Shown here: positions 8,237 through 17,050 of the stretch, piece by piece
Position numbering within the stretch: the first letter of the stretch is position 1
Layout: each line of letters begins with the position of its first letter
Origin: Alphaproteobacteria bacterium MarineAlpha3_Bin3
GTDB lineage: Bacteria > Pseudomonadota > Alphaproteobacteria > Rhodospirillales > Casp-alpha2
Reading direction: 5' to 3'
Assembly (NCBI GenBank): GCA_002938075.1
Contig: PTLK01000001.1
Coordinates: 1-46,812, forward strand
Length of the DNA stretch: 46,812 nucleotides
Translations under genes and position numbers: made by a program
The notes under the pieces: model-generated
The model's input: only the letters and a program-made list of their open reading frames with translations
Told to the model about the DNA's origin: nothing
Database searches by the model: none

Positions 8237-8553
8237 CCGGCCGTCCTCTCCGGCTGCGGGCGAAACCATTAAAACGAATCCTGAACTTCGTCACCGGACT
8301 TCAACCCCCTTAATTGGCTCCCGGACACACGGTACTACAACAGGTCCGCCGTTTCGGGGTCAAGCCGTAATTCTCAGGCTCCTCGGGTGCCCCATGCCCG
8401 CCGATTCGCCTGAACCCCCCGTCAGTCCCCAACCATGGGGCGCCGGTTTCGAAAACGGATGCCTTAAGCCCCCGAGGCCCCGCCAGCGCCATAAAATCGC
8501 CGCCAACATAGGCTAGCGTCATTTGCTTGGGAGCCGTATATTTCTTGCCATGA

Positions 8554-9176
8554 GTGACCCCCTCCTCACGCGCCTGGCTCAAGCCCTTCCTGGAGCCGCT
8601 GAAGCCGATTTTCCGCGAGGTTTTGGCGATGTCGCTTTTCGTCAACCTGTTGGCGCTCGCGGTGCCGGTGTTCACGCTCCAGGTCTACGACCGGGTGATC
8701 GCCAGCGCCGGGATCAGCACCCTTTGGGGCCTGGCCATCGGCATGATTTTTGTCATAATTTTCGACTACATCCTACGCATGGCCCGGTCCCGGATTATGT
8801 AGTCGGTGGCCTTGCGGGTCGATGTTCTGGTTGGCCAGCGCCTGTTCGACAAGCTGATGGGGCTGCCGCTACACATGCTTGAGTCCAAGCCGGCGAACCA
8901 CTGGCAATCGCTTTTCCGCGACGTCTACGTGGTCCGCAACACGCTTTCCGGCGCCTCGGCGCTGTTGGTGGCGGACCTGCCGTTCGCGGTCGTGTTTTTG
9001 GGCGTCATCTTGGTCATCGTCCAAACGGACAAGAATTATCTTGGCGAGGAAGAAGGCTCGCTTCCGATCGTTCCCGGCATGCAGGCCACTGTCGACATTC
9101 ATACAGGCAAGCGGTCATGGACTACCTGATCAGACCCATCCTGAAACTCCGCCACGAAGCATTCAGGGAGCGTTAA
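8554..9176 (+). pseudogene. type I secretion remnant: PrtD/HasD-type ABC transporter N-terminal TMD fused by deletion to the C-terminal tail of an HlyD-family membrane fusion protein
   Basis: N-terminus has the typical T1SS ABC motif LFVNLLALAVPVFTLQVYDRVI. There is an in-frame TAG at 8803-8805. After about residue 155 the frame switches to the HlyD tail LPIVPGMQATVDIHTGKRS. The final YLIRPILKLRHEAFRER* lies in another frame, so there is also a frameshift near 9110. No NBD is present. Confidence 0.75.
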
Positions 9177-9355
9177 TCGACGATTTCGGAGGAATGAATT
9201 TAACGTCCTTATTGTTCATTTATCGGATTGCGGCATAACGGATTAAGATTTTATCAAGAATTCGGTATAAGGTTAGGGAATCCCTATGGGGGGACACGGG
9301 CCGTCAGGGGCCCGTAAAGACTGCCGTGAACTGATTTCGAAAGCAGGAATAGGGC

Positions 9356-10150
9356 ATGTCATTAGCAACGATCGGCGCGTTTATGGCCGCGATGGGCTTG
9401 TTTCTTAGCGCCATCGTCACCGCCACGGACGACTACGCAATCTTCATTAGCGTCTCCAGCTTCGTCATGGTTTGCGGTGGAACCTTGGCGGCAGCGTTCA
9501 TTTCTTACGAACCCCGCTACGTGATTTTGTCGTTTAAGGTGATGATCAAAATCTTTGCGTCGCCGGGAATGGGGCGCGGGGTGCTGACGGCCGAGGTCGG
9601 ACGCATCATCAAATGGGCCTACGCCGTGCAAAAGAACGGCATTCCGGCGCTCGAACAGGAAGCCAAGAAATCGGTTAAGGGAGACAAGTTCCTCTCGTTC
9701 GGCGTCGACATGGTGATCAGCGGCTACTCCGGCGACGAAGTCCGCGAAATCATGAACAACACCATCGAGACCAGCTTCGGGCGCAACACGGTGCTGGTGG
9801 ATATCATCAAGAAAATGGGCGCGGCGGCGCCGGCCTTCGGCATGATCGGCACGCTCGTCGGCCTGATCATCATGCTCGGCAGCATGGGCGGGGATCCGTC
9901 GACGCTGGGCGCGGGACTTGCGGTGGCGTTATGCACGACGCTCTACGGCGTGATATTTTCACAGATCGTCTTCCTCCCCTCGGCGACCAAGATCATGCAG
10001 CGCGAGCAGATCATCCGCTTCCGCAACTACCTGGTCGCCGAGGGTCTGGTCCTGCTGGCCGATAAGAAGAGCCCGCGCTTCATCCAGGACAAGATGAACA
10101 GCTTCCTCGACCCGGCGATCCACTTCGACATTGACAAGATGAAAAAGTGA
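9356..10150 (+). CDS. MotA/TolQ/ExbB family proton channel (MotA/PomA-like stator A subunit)
   Basis: 264 aa, four TM segments, plug/channel region GAAAPAFGMIGTLVGLIIML and LYGVIFSQIVFLP. Confidence 0.8.
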   Translation: MSLATIGAFMAAMGLFLSAIVTATDDYAIFISVSSFVMVCGGTLAAAFISYEPRYVILSFKVMIKIFASPGMGRGVLTAEVGRIIKWAYAVQKNGIPALEQEAKKSVKGDKFLSFGVDMVISGYSGDEVREIMNNTIETSFGRNTVLVDIIKKMGAAAPAFGMIGTLVGLIIMLGSMGGDPSTLGAGLAVALCTTLYGVIFSQIVFLPSATKIMQREQIIRFRNYLVAEGLVLLADKKSPRFIQDKMNSFLDPAIHFDIDKMKK

Positions 10151-10198
10151 TCGAGGCCGGAACTCGTTTCGGGCCTCCGTGGCCATAGGGCAAGAATC

Positions 10199-11035
10199 AT
10201 GGACGCACCTCCCGAAGAAGTAGAAGAAAAAGAAGACTGGCTGGTTACCTATGCCGACGCCATCACGCTGTTGATGGCCTTCATGGTCATGCTCCTCACC
10301 TTCGCCGAATATGACATCCCCGCCTTCGAGACGGCGGCGACGGCGATCAAGAGCAACCTCACCGGACAGGAATCCACCAGCCCGATCCAGTTACTCCGGA
10401 TCGACGTTCAGGATGTCGTCTACAACATGCAGGCCGACCAGGTGGTCAAGGTCGAAACCGACAAAAAGGGTATCGTTATCGAGCTGTCCAGTTCGGCCTT
10501 TTTCAAACCCGGGTTCGCCGATATCCGTGAAGAAGCCCTGCCGGTTCTGGAAAAAATGACGCAAACCCTGCTGGCGCCCCGCTACCAGTTCTACACAATC
10601 GAAATCGAGGGGCACACCGACGACGTCCCCATCAACACCCCCCGATACCCCTCTAACTGGGAACTGTCGGCGTCCCGCGCCGCCGGAATTATCCGCTTTT
10701 TAATCAGCCAGGAGCTGGATTCCAGCCGCATGAAAGCGACCGGCTATGCCGATACCCAGCCGAAAGCGCCGAACAAGGACGCCGAGGGAAATCCGGTCCC
10801 GGATAACCAAGCCCTAAACCGTCGGGTGGTCATCCGCGTCTATCCTATGTCGCTGGAGGAGAAGAAAGTGTTTTTGCAAAAGGTGGCGGAAAAGGAACGG
10901 GGGAAAGAAGCCTCGGCCGCTGGGCAACCGGCAACCCCGGCCCCCGTTCCGGCCACTCCCAAAACGCCGACGGCAACCCCGGCCCCCGCCCCGGCCGTTC
11001 TGGAAATTCCCCAGGCCACGCCGCCGGGGCAATGA
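10199..11035 (+). CDS. MotB-like OmpA-domain stator B subunit with Pro/Ala/Thr-rich C-terminal tail
   Basis: EDWLVTYADAITLLMAFMVML (conserved Asp before the TM). OmpA-like peptidoglycan-binding motifs NWELSASRAAGIIRFL and NRRVVIRV. Tail is PATPAPVPATPKTPTATPAPAPA. Confidence 0.8.
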   Translation: MDAPPEEVEEKEDWLVTYADAITLLMAFMVMLLTFAEYDIPAFETAATAIKSNLTGQESTSPIQLLRIDVQDVVYNMQADQVVKVETDKKGIVIELSSSAFFKPGFADIREEALPVLEKMTQTLLAPRYQFYTIEIEGHTDDVPINTPRYPSNWELSASRAAGIIRFLISQELDSSRMKATGYADTQPKAPNKDAEGNPVPDNQALNRRVVIRVYPMSLEEKKVFLQKVAEKERGKEASAAGQPATPAPVPATPKTPTATPAPAPAVLEIPQATPPGQ

Positions 11036-11044
11036 GCCCGAATT

Positions 11045-11869
11045 TTATTCGAGGATGATTTCCATGCCTTCGCGGCAAACGAAGGTGCCGTCCCAGGCTT
11101 CGGCGGCTTCGGCGGTGAGCTTGTCCATGAAATCGTCGTCGTGATCCGGCTCATGGTGGAAAATGGCCAACTGTTTGACTTTCGCCGCCTGGCACAAGCG
11201 CATGCCCTCGTTCCAGGTCGAGTGGCCCCAGTCGATTTTCGAGGGGAATTCGTCCTCCGTATAGGTGCTGTCGTAAATCACCACATCGGCACCTTCGATT
11301 AGGCCTAGGATGTTCTGGTCCGGCTGACCCGGCACGTGTTCGGTATCGGTCACGTAAACCGCCGACTTGCCGCCGTGTTCGATTCGGTAACCCGTGGCCC
11401 CGTTGGGATGGTTCAAGGGCGCGGTCCGGATGTTGACATCGTCAAAGAGTTGCAAGCTGTCACCGGCCTCGAAATCCTCGAACTTGAGGTCGGCCTGCAT
11501 GGCTTCGAGGGGAATCGGAAACATCGGATTGTTCATTTGCGAGGACAGAATCTTCTTGATGCCCCCTTGGCCGGTCAAGTGGCCGGCCATGATGGAAATT
11601 GAATTCTTGGGGTCATAGGCGGGAGCGAAAAAGGGAAAGCCCATGATGTGGTCCCAATGGGTATGGGTCAGAAGCATATGGGAAACGTTGTCGCCGTTGG
11701 AGATGAGGGATCCGCCAAAGTTCTTTATCCCGGTGCCGGCATCCAAAACGAAACAATGATCTCCCGCCCGCACCTCGATGCAACTGGTGTTGCCGCCGTA
11801 TTTCATGTGGCTGGGGGTCGCACAGGCGATGCTTCCGCGCACACCCCAGAATTTCAGTTTTAGAGTCAT
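11045..11869 (-). CDS. MBL-fold metallo-hydrolase
   Basis: KFWGVRGS N-terminus and HxHxDH motif (LLTHTHWDHIMGFPFF). 274 aa. Confidence 0.8.
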   Translation of the reverse strand: MTLKLKFWGVRGSIACATPSHMKYGGNTSCIEVRAGDHCFVLDAGTGIKNFGGSLISNGDNVSHMLLTHTHWDHIMGFPFFAPAYDPKNSISIMAGHLTGQGGIKKILSSQMNNPMFPIPLEAMQADLKFEDFEAGDSLQLFDDVNIRTAPLNHPNGATGYRIEHGGKSAVYVTDTEHVPGQPDQNILGLIEGADVVIYDSTYTEDEFPSKIDWGHSTWNEGMRLCQAAKVKQLAIFHHEPDHDDDFMDKLTAEAAEAWDGTFVCREGMEIILE

Positions 11870-12148
11870 ATCACTTCGACGTTTTTGGCAACCGGGCCGC
11901 TTGTTTACTTTTCCGGGATATCACCCGAGAAGCAAGAAAAAATCGCCTACTTCGGAAGTTAGGTATTCTTATGACCTATTTCTTAGGGCGCATGAAGTGA
12001 TGAGTATCACATTTTTCTTACCTCAGCCTGAACTCCGGCATTTATATCGATAAAGATGTGGAATTTCTCCTTCCCTGGCCGAAGAGGTTTTCCCGGGACC
12101 AGGGCGCCATTCTTAGGCCCGCCCGGAAACAGGTGGCGGGAACGCTAA

Positions 12149-12167
12149 GGGGGCCCTGGCGGCCCCC
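12149..12167 (-). terminator. GC-rich hairpin downstream of rpoH (possible terminator)
   Basis: 7-bp G/C stem gggggcc/ggccccc with a 5-nt loop, about 70 nt past the rpoH stop. Only a weak U tract follows. A second hairpin lies at 12118-12140. Confidence 0.25.
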
Positions 12168-12233
12168 GGTCCTAAGGGTGATTTTCGGCAATCCCGGAAC
12201 TGGCCTCGGGGATTGGGGATTCAGTTCCGTCTT

Positions 12234-13115
12234 TCAGGCTTCGGGTTCTTCGGCGATGACCGCCGTTACCGCCTTTTGGACCTTGTCAAAGGCCCGCACC
12301 TCAAGCTGGCGGATCCGCTCGCGGCTGATGCCGTATTCCTTGCCAAGCTCCTCCAGCGTCTTCGGATCGTCCTTCAGCCGCCGCTCGGTGAAAATATGGC
12401 GTTCGCGTTCCGGTAGCGCCTTCAGCGCCTGCCTAAGGATGGCGCTGCGGTGGCCGAGTTCTTCCGCCTCGGCGAATCGGCTTTCGGGGCTGGGGCTATT
12501 GTCGACCAGGGTATCCTGAAATTCGATGCCTTCCTCGTCATTGGACAAGGGCGCGTTGAGGGACAAGTCCCTGGTCGAAAGACGGCGGTTCATATGGGTG
12601 ATCTCGTCGGCGGAAACGCCCATGGTATCGGACAACTGTTGGGCCTGATCCGGGGTCAGTTCACCGCTATCGAGGATATTGAGTCGGCCCTTGAGATTGC
12701 GCAGCGAGAAAAACAGTTTCTTCTGCGACGCCACCGTGCCCAACTTGACCATCGACCACGACTTCAAAACGTATTCGGTGATCGACGCCCTGATCCACCA
12801 CATGGCGTAGGTCGAGAGCCGGAATCCCAAACCCGGGTCGAATTTCTTTACCGCTTTCATCAATCCGATGTTGCCTTCGGAAACCAAGTCGGCGACGGGA
12901 AGGCCGTAGCCCCGGTATTTCATGGCGATTTTCGCCACCAGGCGCAGGTGCGACGTCACCAACTTATGGGCAGACTCGGTGTCGCCCTTGTCACGCCAGC
13001 GAACGGCAAGCATTTGCTCTTCTTCCTTCTCCAGCATGGGAAAGCTCCACACTTCGCGGAAATACCGCGACAGGCCGCCTTCAACGGGAACCGCCGGTAA
13101 GCTCAACGCTGTCAT
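12234..13115 (-). CDS. rpoH: RNA polymerase sigma-32 (heat-shock sigma factor RpoH)
   Basis: Sigma-70 regions 2-4 are present together with the RpoH box (ASQKKLFFSLRNLK). TYAMWWIRASI motif. 293 aa. Confidence 0.93.
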   Translation of the reverse strand: MTALSLPAVPVEGGLSRYFREVWSFPMLEKEEEQMLAVRWRDKGDTESAHKLVTSHLRLVAKIAMKYRGYGLPVADLVSEGNIGLMKAVKKFDPGLGFRLSTYAMWWIRASITEYVLKSWSMVKLGTVASQKKLFFSLRNLKGRLNILDSGELTPDQAQQLSDTMGVSADEITHMNRRLSTRDLSLNAPLSNDEEGIEFQDTLVDNSPSPESRFAEAEELGHRSAILRQALKALPERERHIFTERRLKDDPKTLEELGKEYGISRERIRQLEVRAFDKVQKAVTAVIAEEPEA

Positions 13116-13416
13116 AACTTAATTCCCTATTCCTTCTTCTTCCGTTTCGGCGCCGGTTTTTTTTCGGTTTCTTATTGGACAACCCGGACACTCAATTACG
13201 TGGCCTTGTATACACTCAGCCCCGTTCCATCGGCACAGCGCCGACGGCAGGACATATGCCGCAGGTCACATCAGGGATATGAAAGGGTGTACGCGTCTTT
13301 GATGTCTGCGATCCACTCGCGCACGGCCATATCCTCCGTTCGAAGCAATAAGCCTACTGGCCCACCATTCGGTCAGGCCGACCTTTTGCTGGCCCCAATG
13401 GGCGCCAGCGACAGTA

Positions 13417-13447
13417 ATTATAATACCCAAAAAACGGAAAAAGTCAA
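13417..13447 (-). promoter_or_regulatory. sigma-70-like promoter candidate pointing toward rpoH
   Basis: On the minus strand: TTGACT (13447-13442), a 16-nt spacer, then TATTAT (13425-13420), which overlaps TATAAT (13422-13417). About 300 nt upstream of the rpoH ATG. Confidence 0.35.
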
Positions 13448-13554
13448 GGATTAGGGGTATAAATACTTTAATTTCAATAAGTTAAGCTGTGCCGCCTGAA
13501 CCCCACCCCGATCGCGAAAAGACGCGCCGGGGGGGCGGTACGGAATAAACGGGA

Positions 13555-14430
13555 TTATTGGGGGGCCAGCGGATTGAACCCGGCCAGCGGCTGATCGAAG
13601 TCCTCGGGCGTGATGCCGTAGCTCAAATCAGGGATCGGCGGCAGTTCAAGGATGGAACCGTTGTTGATTTCGGTTTTTCGCTTCTGCCGGTACAGGCTGC
13701 GGACGGCGGCGTAATAATCGACGGACGTCTTTTTCACCTGGTTCAGCTCATCGACGATGCCGGCGTATTCATCCAGGCCCTTGGCGCCGGTCAGCGTATA
13801 TTCGATATTTTGACGGTCCGTATTGCCCAACCACAGCCCCAGGGGATCGAGATAGGGATCAATCACAAACTTGCCGATGGCGTCGCGGGGACTGGACGGG
13901 CCGAATATCGGCAGGACAAGGTAGAAACCTTCACCCATGCCGTAAACGGCAAGGGTCTGGCCGAAATCCTCACCATGGCGCTCTATCCCCAATTCCGATG
14001 CTGCTACATCGGCAAAGCCGACGATGCCGATGGTGGTGTTGATAATGGCCCGGCCGAAGGTCGTCAGCGCCCGTTCGAACTCTCCTTGCAGAAGATCGTT
14101 GGCGAAAATGACCGGCGACGAGAGGTTGTCGAGGAAATTGGAGATTCCCTGACGGACCGTCAAGTTGACGTTTGCATTATAGAACTTGGCGATGGGGCGC
14201 AGGAGCACATCCTGGAGACCCTCGTTGACCTCAAAGATCGACCGGTTCAGGGACTCCAGGGGATCGTTGACGGCTTCTTCGCCGCTGGCCTGGGCCAAGG
14301 TGACATGGACGGAATCCGTTTCCTCCATGCTGGCGGCAAAGGAAATTTCCGGCACCGCCAACCCGAAGGCCAGAACCGCCATCAAGAGGGCGACCGGCCA
14401 AGTGATGGATTTTAACTTTTTTAGGATCAT
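13555..14430 (-). CDS. MlaA/VacJ family outer-membrane lipid-trafficking protein
   Basis: Signal peptide, then the MlaA signature DPLESLNRSIFEVNEGLQDVLLRPIAKFY, followed by GLWLG and DYYAAVRSLYRQ. Confidence 0.85.
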   Translation of the reverse strand: MILKKLKSITWPVALLMAVLAFGLAVPEISFAASMEETDSVHVTLAQASGEEAVNDPLESLNRSIFEVNEGLQDVLLRPIAKFYNANVNLTVRQGISNFLDNLSSPVIFANDLLQGEFERALTTFGRAIINTTIGIVGFADVAASELGIERHGEDFGQTLAVYGMGEGFYLVLPIFGPSSPRDAIGKFVIDPYLDPLGLWLGNTDRQNIEYTLTGAKGLDEYAGIVDELNQVKKTSVDYYAAVRSLYRQKRKTEINNGSILELPPIPDLSYGITPEDFDQPLAGFNPLAPQ

Positions 14431-14692
14431 GAAACTCGTTTCTTAACTCATCCTGGAAAGGCACCAAAAACCAAACCGCAGAGACACCATCCACTGGAAA
14501 CGAGTCTCCGAGGATAGTTTCATTAATTGTTTTTAGGGGAACTTTTCGACTCCCGCAACCACTCATGTCCATCAAAACGCAAGTTGTAACAATTTATCAA
14601 AACAAGCCTTTTCTGTTATGGTTAACATTATCTTGAGAAAACCTTGGTTTAACCCTTCATAACAATGCAAAAAACATCTTTTGAGGCCATTA

Positions 14693-15307
14693 ATGCATCG
14701 TTCTTCGTTGACCTTTAAAGCTTTAGTTTTATTCGTTTGTTTGGCGGTTTTGCCCGGTCCGGCCACGGCCGAGGCGGGGCCAAGCGACATCGTCGTCCGG
14801 TTCCAGGCCAGCCTTCTCCAGGTCATGAAAGAGGCGGAAAAACTTTCCGTTCATCAACGCTTCGAGCGGCTGGCCCCCAGCGTCGATAAATCCTTTCACA
14901 TTCCGTTGATGATCCAGATCATCTCCAGCGGCTTTTGGAAGAAAGCGACTGCTTCGGAACAAATGCAAGTCGTCGAGGCTTTCCGGCGCATGAGCATTGC
15001 GACCTTGGCCACCCTGTTTGATGGTTATTCGGGCGAGGTCTTCAAATTGGAGAAGCAAATGCCGGGGCCGCAAAAGACCTTACTGGTAATGACGAAGCTC
15101 ATTAAATCAGATAAATCGACGGTCGATATCGCCTATGTCTTGAGGCCCTACAAAGAGGGTTGGCGCATCATCGACGTCATCCTCGATAATGGAATCAGCG
15201 AATTGAAGGTGCGCCAGTCGGAATACAGCCTGATATTAAAAAACAAGGGTATTCCAGGACTGATTTCGCTTTTGAACGGCAAGGCCGACGAGCTGATCTC
15301 CCAATAA
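14693..15307 (+). CDS. MlaC/Ttg2D family periplasmic lipid-binding protein (HpnM-like), paralog 1
   Basis: Signal peptide ending ATAEA. Ttg2D-type pattern F..LAP.VD..F....M......G..W......Q......F.R......A..F...SGE ... W.I.DV...GIS. Tandem with a paralog. Confidence 0.75.
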   Translation: MHRSSLTFKALVLFVCLAVLPGPATAEAGPSDIVVRFQASLLQVMKEAEKLSVHQRFERLAPSVDKSFHIPLMIQIISSGFWKKATASEQMQVVEAFRRMSIATLATLFDGYSGEVFKLEKQMPGPQKTLLVMTKLIKSDKSTVDIAYVLRPYKEGWRIIDVILDNGISELKVRQSEYSLILKNKGIPGLISLLNGKADELISQ

Positions 15308-15357
15308 GATTTCCTCATCCGCCCAAACCCACCACACGGCCGCCACATTTCAATCCT

Positions 15358-15987
15358 ATGAAAAAGACCATGCCACGCTGCTTTTTCACATTCGGGTTAG
15401 TGCCGCTTCTGACGGCCATGGTCGTGATAGCCCCTTCCGCCGGCTGGGCGCAGCCCAGTCCGAGCGATATTGTCACCGCCTTTCACCAAAGCCTGCTCGG
15501 CGTCATGAAGGAAGCCAAGACTCTTGGCGTCAAGGGCCGGTTTGAAAAGCTGGCGTCGCCGCTCAAGCAAAATTTTCATTTTCGGTTGATGACCCAGGTC
15601 GCCGCCGGCTCCTATTGGAGGAAGTCCGGCCCGGCCCAGATCGACAGGCTGGTCGACGCCTTTACCCGCCTTTCCATTAGCACCTATGCCTCGCGGTTCG
15701 ACGGCTATTCGGGCCAATCCTTCGAAACTGAGGGCGAAAAACCGGGGCCGCAGAAAACCATCCTGGTCAAGACCCGGATCATCGATCCCGGGTTCGACCC
15801 GGTGGATCTCACCTACGTCACCCACAAAATCAAGGGGGAATGGCGGATCATTGACGTGCTGCTGGATGCCGGTATCAGCGAACTGGCGGTGCGCCGGTCG
15901 GAATACCGCCGGGTGCTGAAAACCGGGGGGGTCGACGGCCTCATCGAGACCTTGAACCGCAAGGCCGATCAACTGCTGAACCCTTAA
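15358..15987 (+). CDS. MlaC/Ttg2D family periplasmic lipid-binding protein (HpnM-like), paralog 2
   Basis: Collinear in length and motifs with 14693-15307 (FHQSLLGVMKEA, GPQKT(I/L)LV, GEWRIIDV/EGWRIIDV, ISEL.VR.SEY). Confidence 0.75.
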   Translation: MKKTMPRCFFTFGLVPLLTAMVVIAPSAGWAQPSPSDIVTAFHQSLLGVMKEAKTLGVKGRFEKLASPLKQNFHFRLMTQVAAGSYWRKSGPAQIDRLVDAFTRLSISTYASRFDGYSGQSFETEGEKPGPQKTILVKTRIIDPGFDPVDLTYVTHKIKGEWRIIDVLLDAGISELAVRRSEYRRVLKTGGVDGLIETLNRKADQLLNP

Positions 15988-16010
15988 GACTTTCGGCCTC
16001 AATTCGCAAC

Positions 16011-17015
16011 CTAACCGCCGTCGCCGTCCCCTTCCGGGACCAGGCCCGGTTTCATGGAAAGAATCGACCCCAGCGTAAAACCCCAGACGATCCAGATCAC
16101 TTCGCGCAACCGGCGGACCACCGATACCGACACGCCCAGGGTCGGCGACCCCGTAATCGCCCCACAGACAAGCAGAAAGGCCCCTTCCTGGGCGCCGATG
16201 GAGGCGGGAATGAAAAACGTCCCGGTCCGCACCAGTTGCGCCACCGCCTCGATGATCCAGGCATCGGCCCAGGATATGGGATGACCCAGAAACAAGAGCG
16301 TGTAATAGATTTCGACCGCGCCCAGCAACCAGTTGACGAAGGCCAGCAACAGGGCGCCGGCGAACCGGCCCCGGGTGCCGGTGTAAAAATGAACCAGCCG
16401 GTCGTCCATGTCGCGGATATGGTGAAGAACGTCCTTAACTCGCGCCCCGAAACGCCAGCCGCCGATCCAGGCCCCGGTCAGCGACGTCACCCCAAAACGC
16501 TGGACGACAAAGAAAAGGGCCACCGCCAACCCCAATACCAACAAGCCGACGCCGGCGACAATTTCATAGGCCCCCGGCAGAGACCCGGCGGCGATCATCA
16601 AGGCGAAACCGCCGACCAGAAAGATCACCAGGGCGATCAGGTTGATGGTCCTAGCCAGGATAAGCGAGGCCGTCCCTTCGCGGTAGCCGATCCCGTAGTG
16701 CTTTTTCAACAGCATCGCCTTGACCGGCTCGCCGCCCATGCTGGCGGCCGGGATGACGTGGTTGAACGCCTCGCCGACCATGCGCAGCACCCAGGCCCGG
16801 TATGCCCAAAGCCCGTTCAGGGGAACGCCGCGGATGGTCATCTGCCAGGTCACGGAATCGATGCTGAAGGCGACGAAATAAATGCCCAGGATGACCAAAA
16901 ACCCGTATCCGACCCGGCCGATCTGGGCGCCGACTTCGGCGACCTCGATTTCGGCGATGACGGCCGCCAGCAACGCCACGCCGATGAGCAGGTAAAAGGC
17001 TTTCAAGTACCGCAT
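16011..17015 (-). CDS. hpnL: flippase-like (LPG-synthase TM / UPF0104) membrane protein, HpnL-like
   Basis: 334 aa polytopic membrane protein with the UPF0104 layout (GGEPVKAMLLKK motif). Lies directly downstream of hpnN and the CDP-alcohol transferase. Confidence 0.7.
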   Translation of the reverse strand: MRYLKAFYLLIGVALLAAVIAEIEVAEVGAQIGRVGYGFLVILGIYFVAFSIDSVTWQMTIRGVPLNGLWAYRAWVLRMVGEAFNHVIPAASMGGEPVKAMLLKKHYGIGYREGTASLILARTINLIALVIFLVGGFALMIAAGSLPGAYEIVAGVGLLVLGLAVALFFVVQRFGVTSLTGAWIGGWRFGARVKDVLHHIRDMDDRLVHFYTGTRGRFAGALLLAFVNWLLGAVEIYYTLLFLGHPISWADAWIIEAVAQLVRTGTFFIPASIGAQEGAFLLVCGAITGSPTLGVSVSVVRRLREVIWIVWGFTLGSILSMKPGLVPEGDGDGG

Positions 17016-17050
17016 GCCCCGGCCTCTACCGGCAAAAACGCTTTAGGGGC

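Noticed and set aside
9356-11035. MotA/MotB-like pair as a Zorya-type anti-phage system.
   Set aside because: The MotA homolog is of ordinary size (264 aa) and lacks the long coiled-coil tail of ZorA. No ZorC/ZorD-like or other effector genes are adjacent.
13130-13165. GGCGCCGG palindrome followed by T8, looking like an intrinsic terminator on the + strand.
   Set aside because: No + strand gene ends upstream of it, since the region is flanked by two minus-strand genes. On the minus strand the A-run precedes the stem. The stem is also only a short self-complementary GC box.
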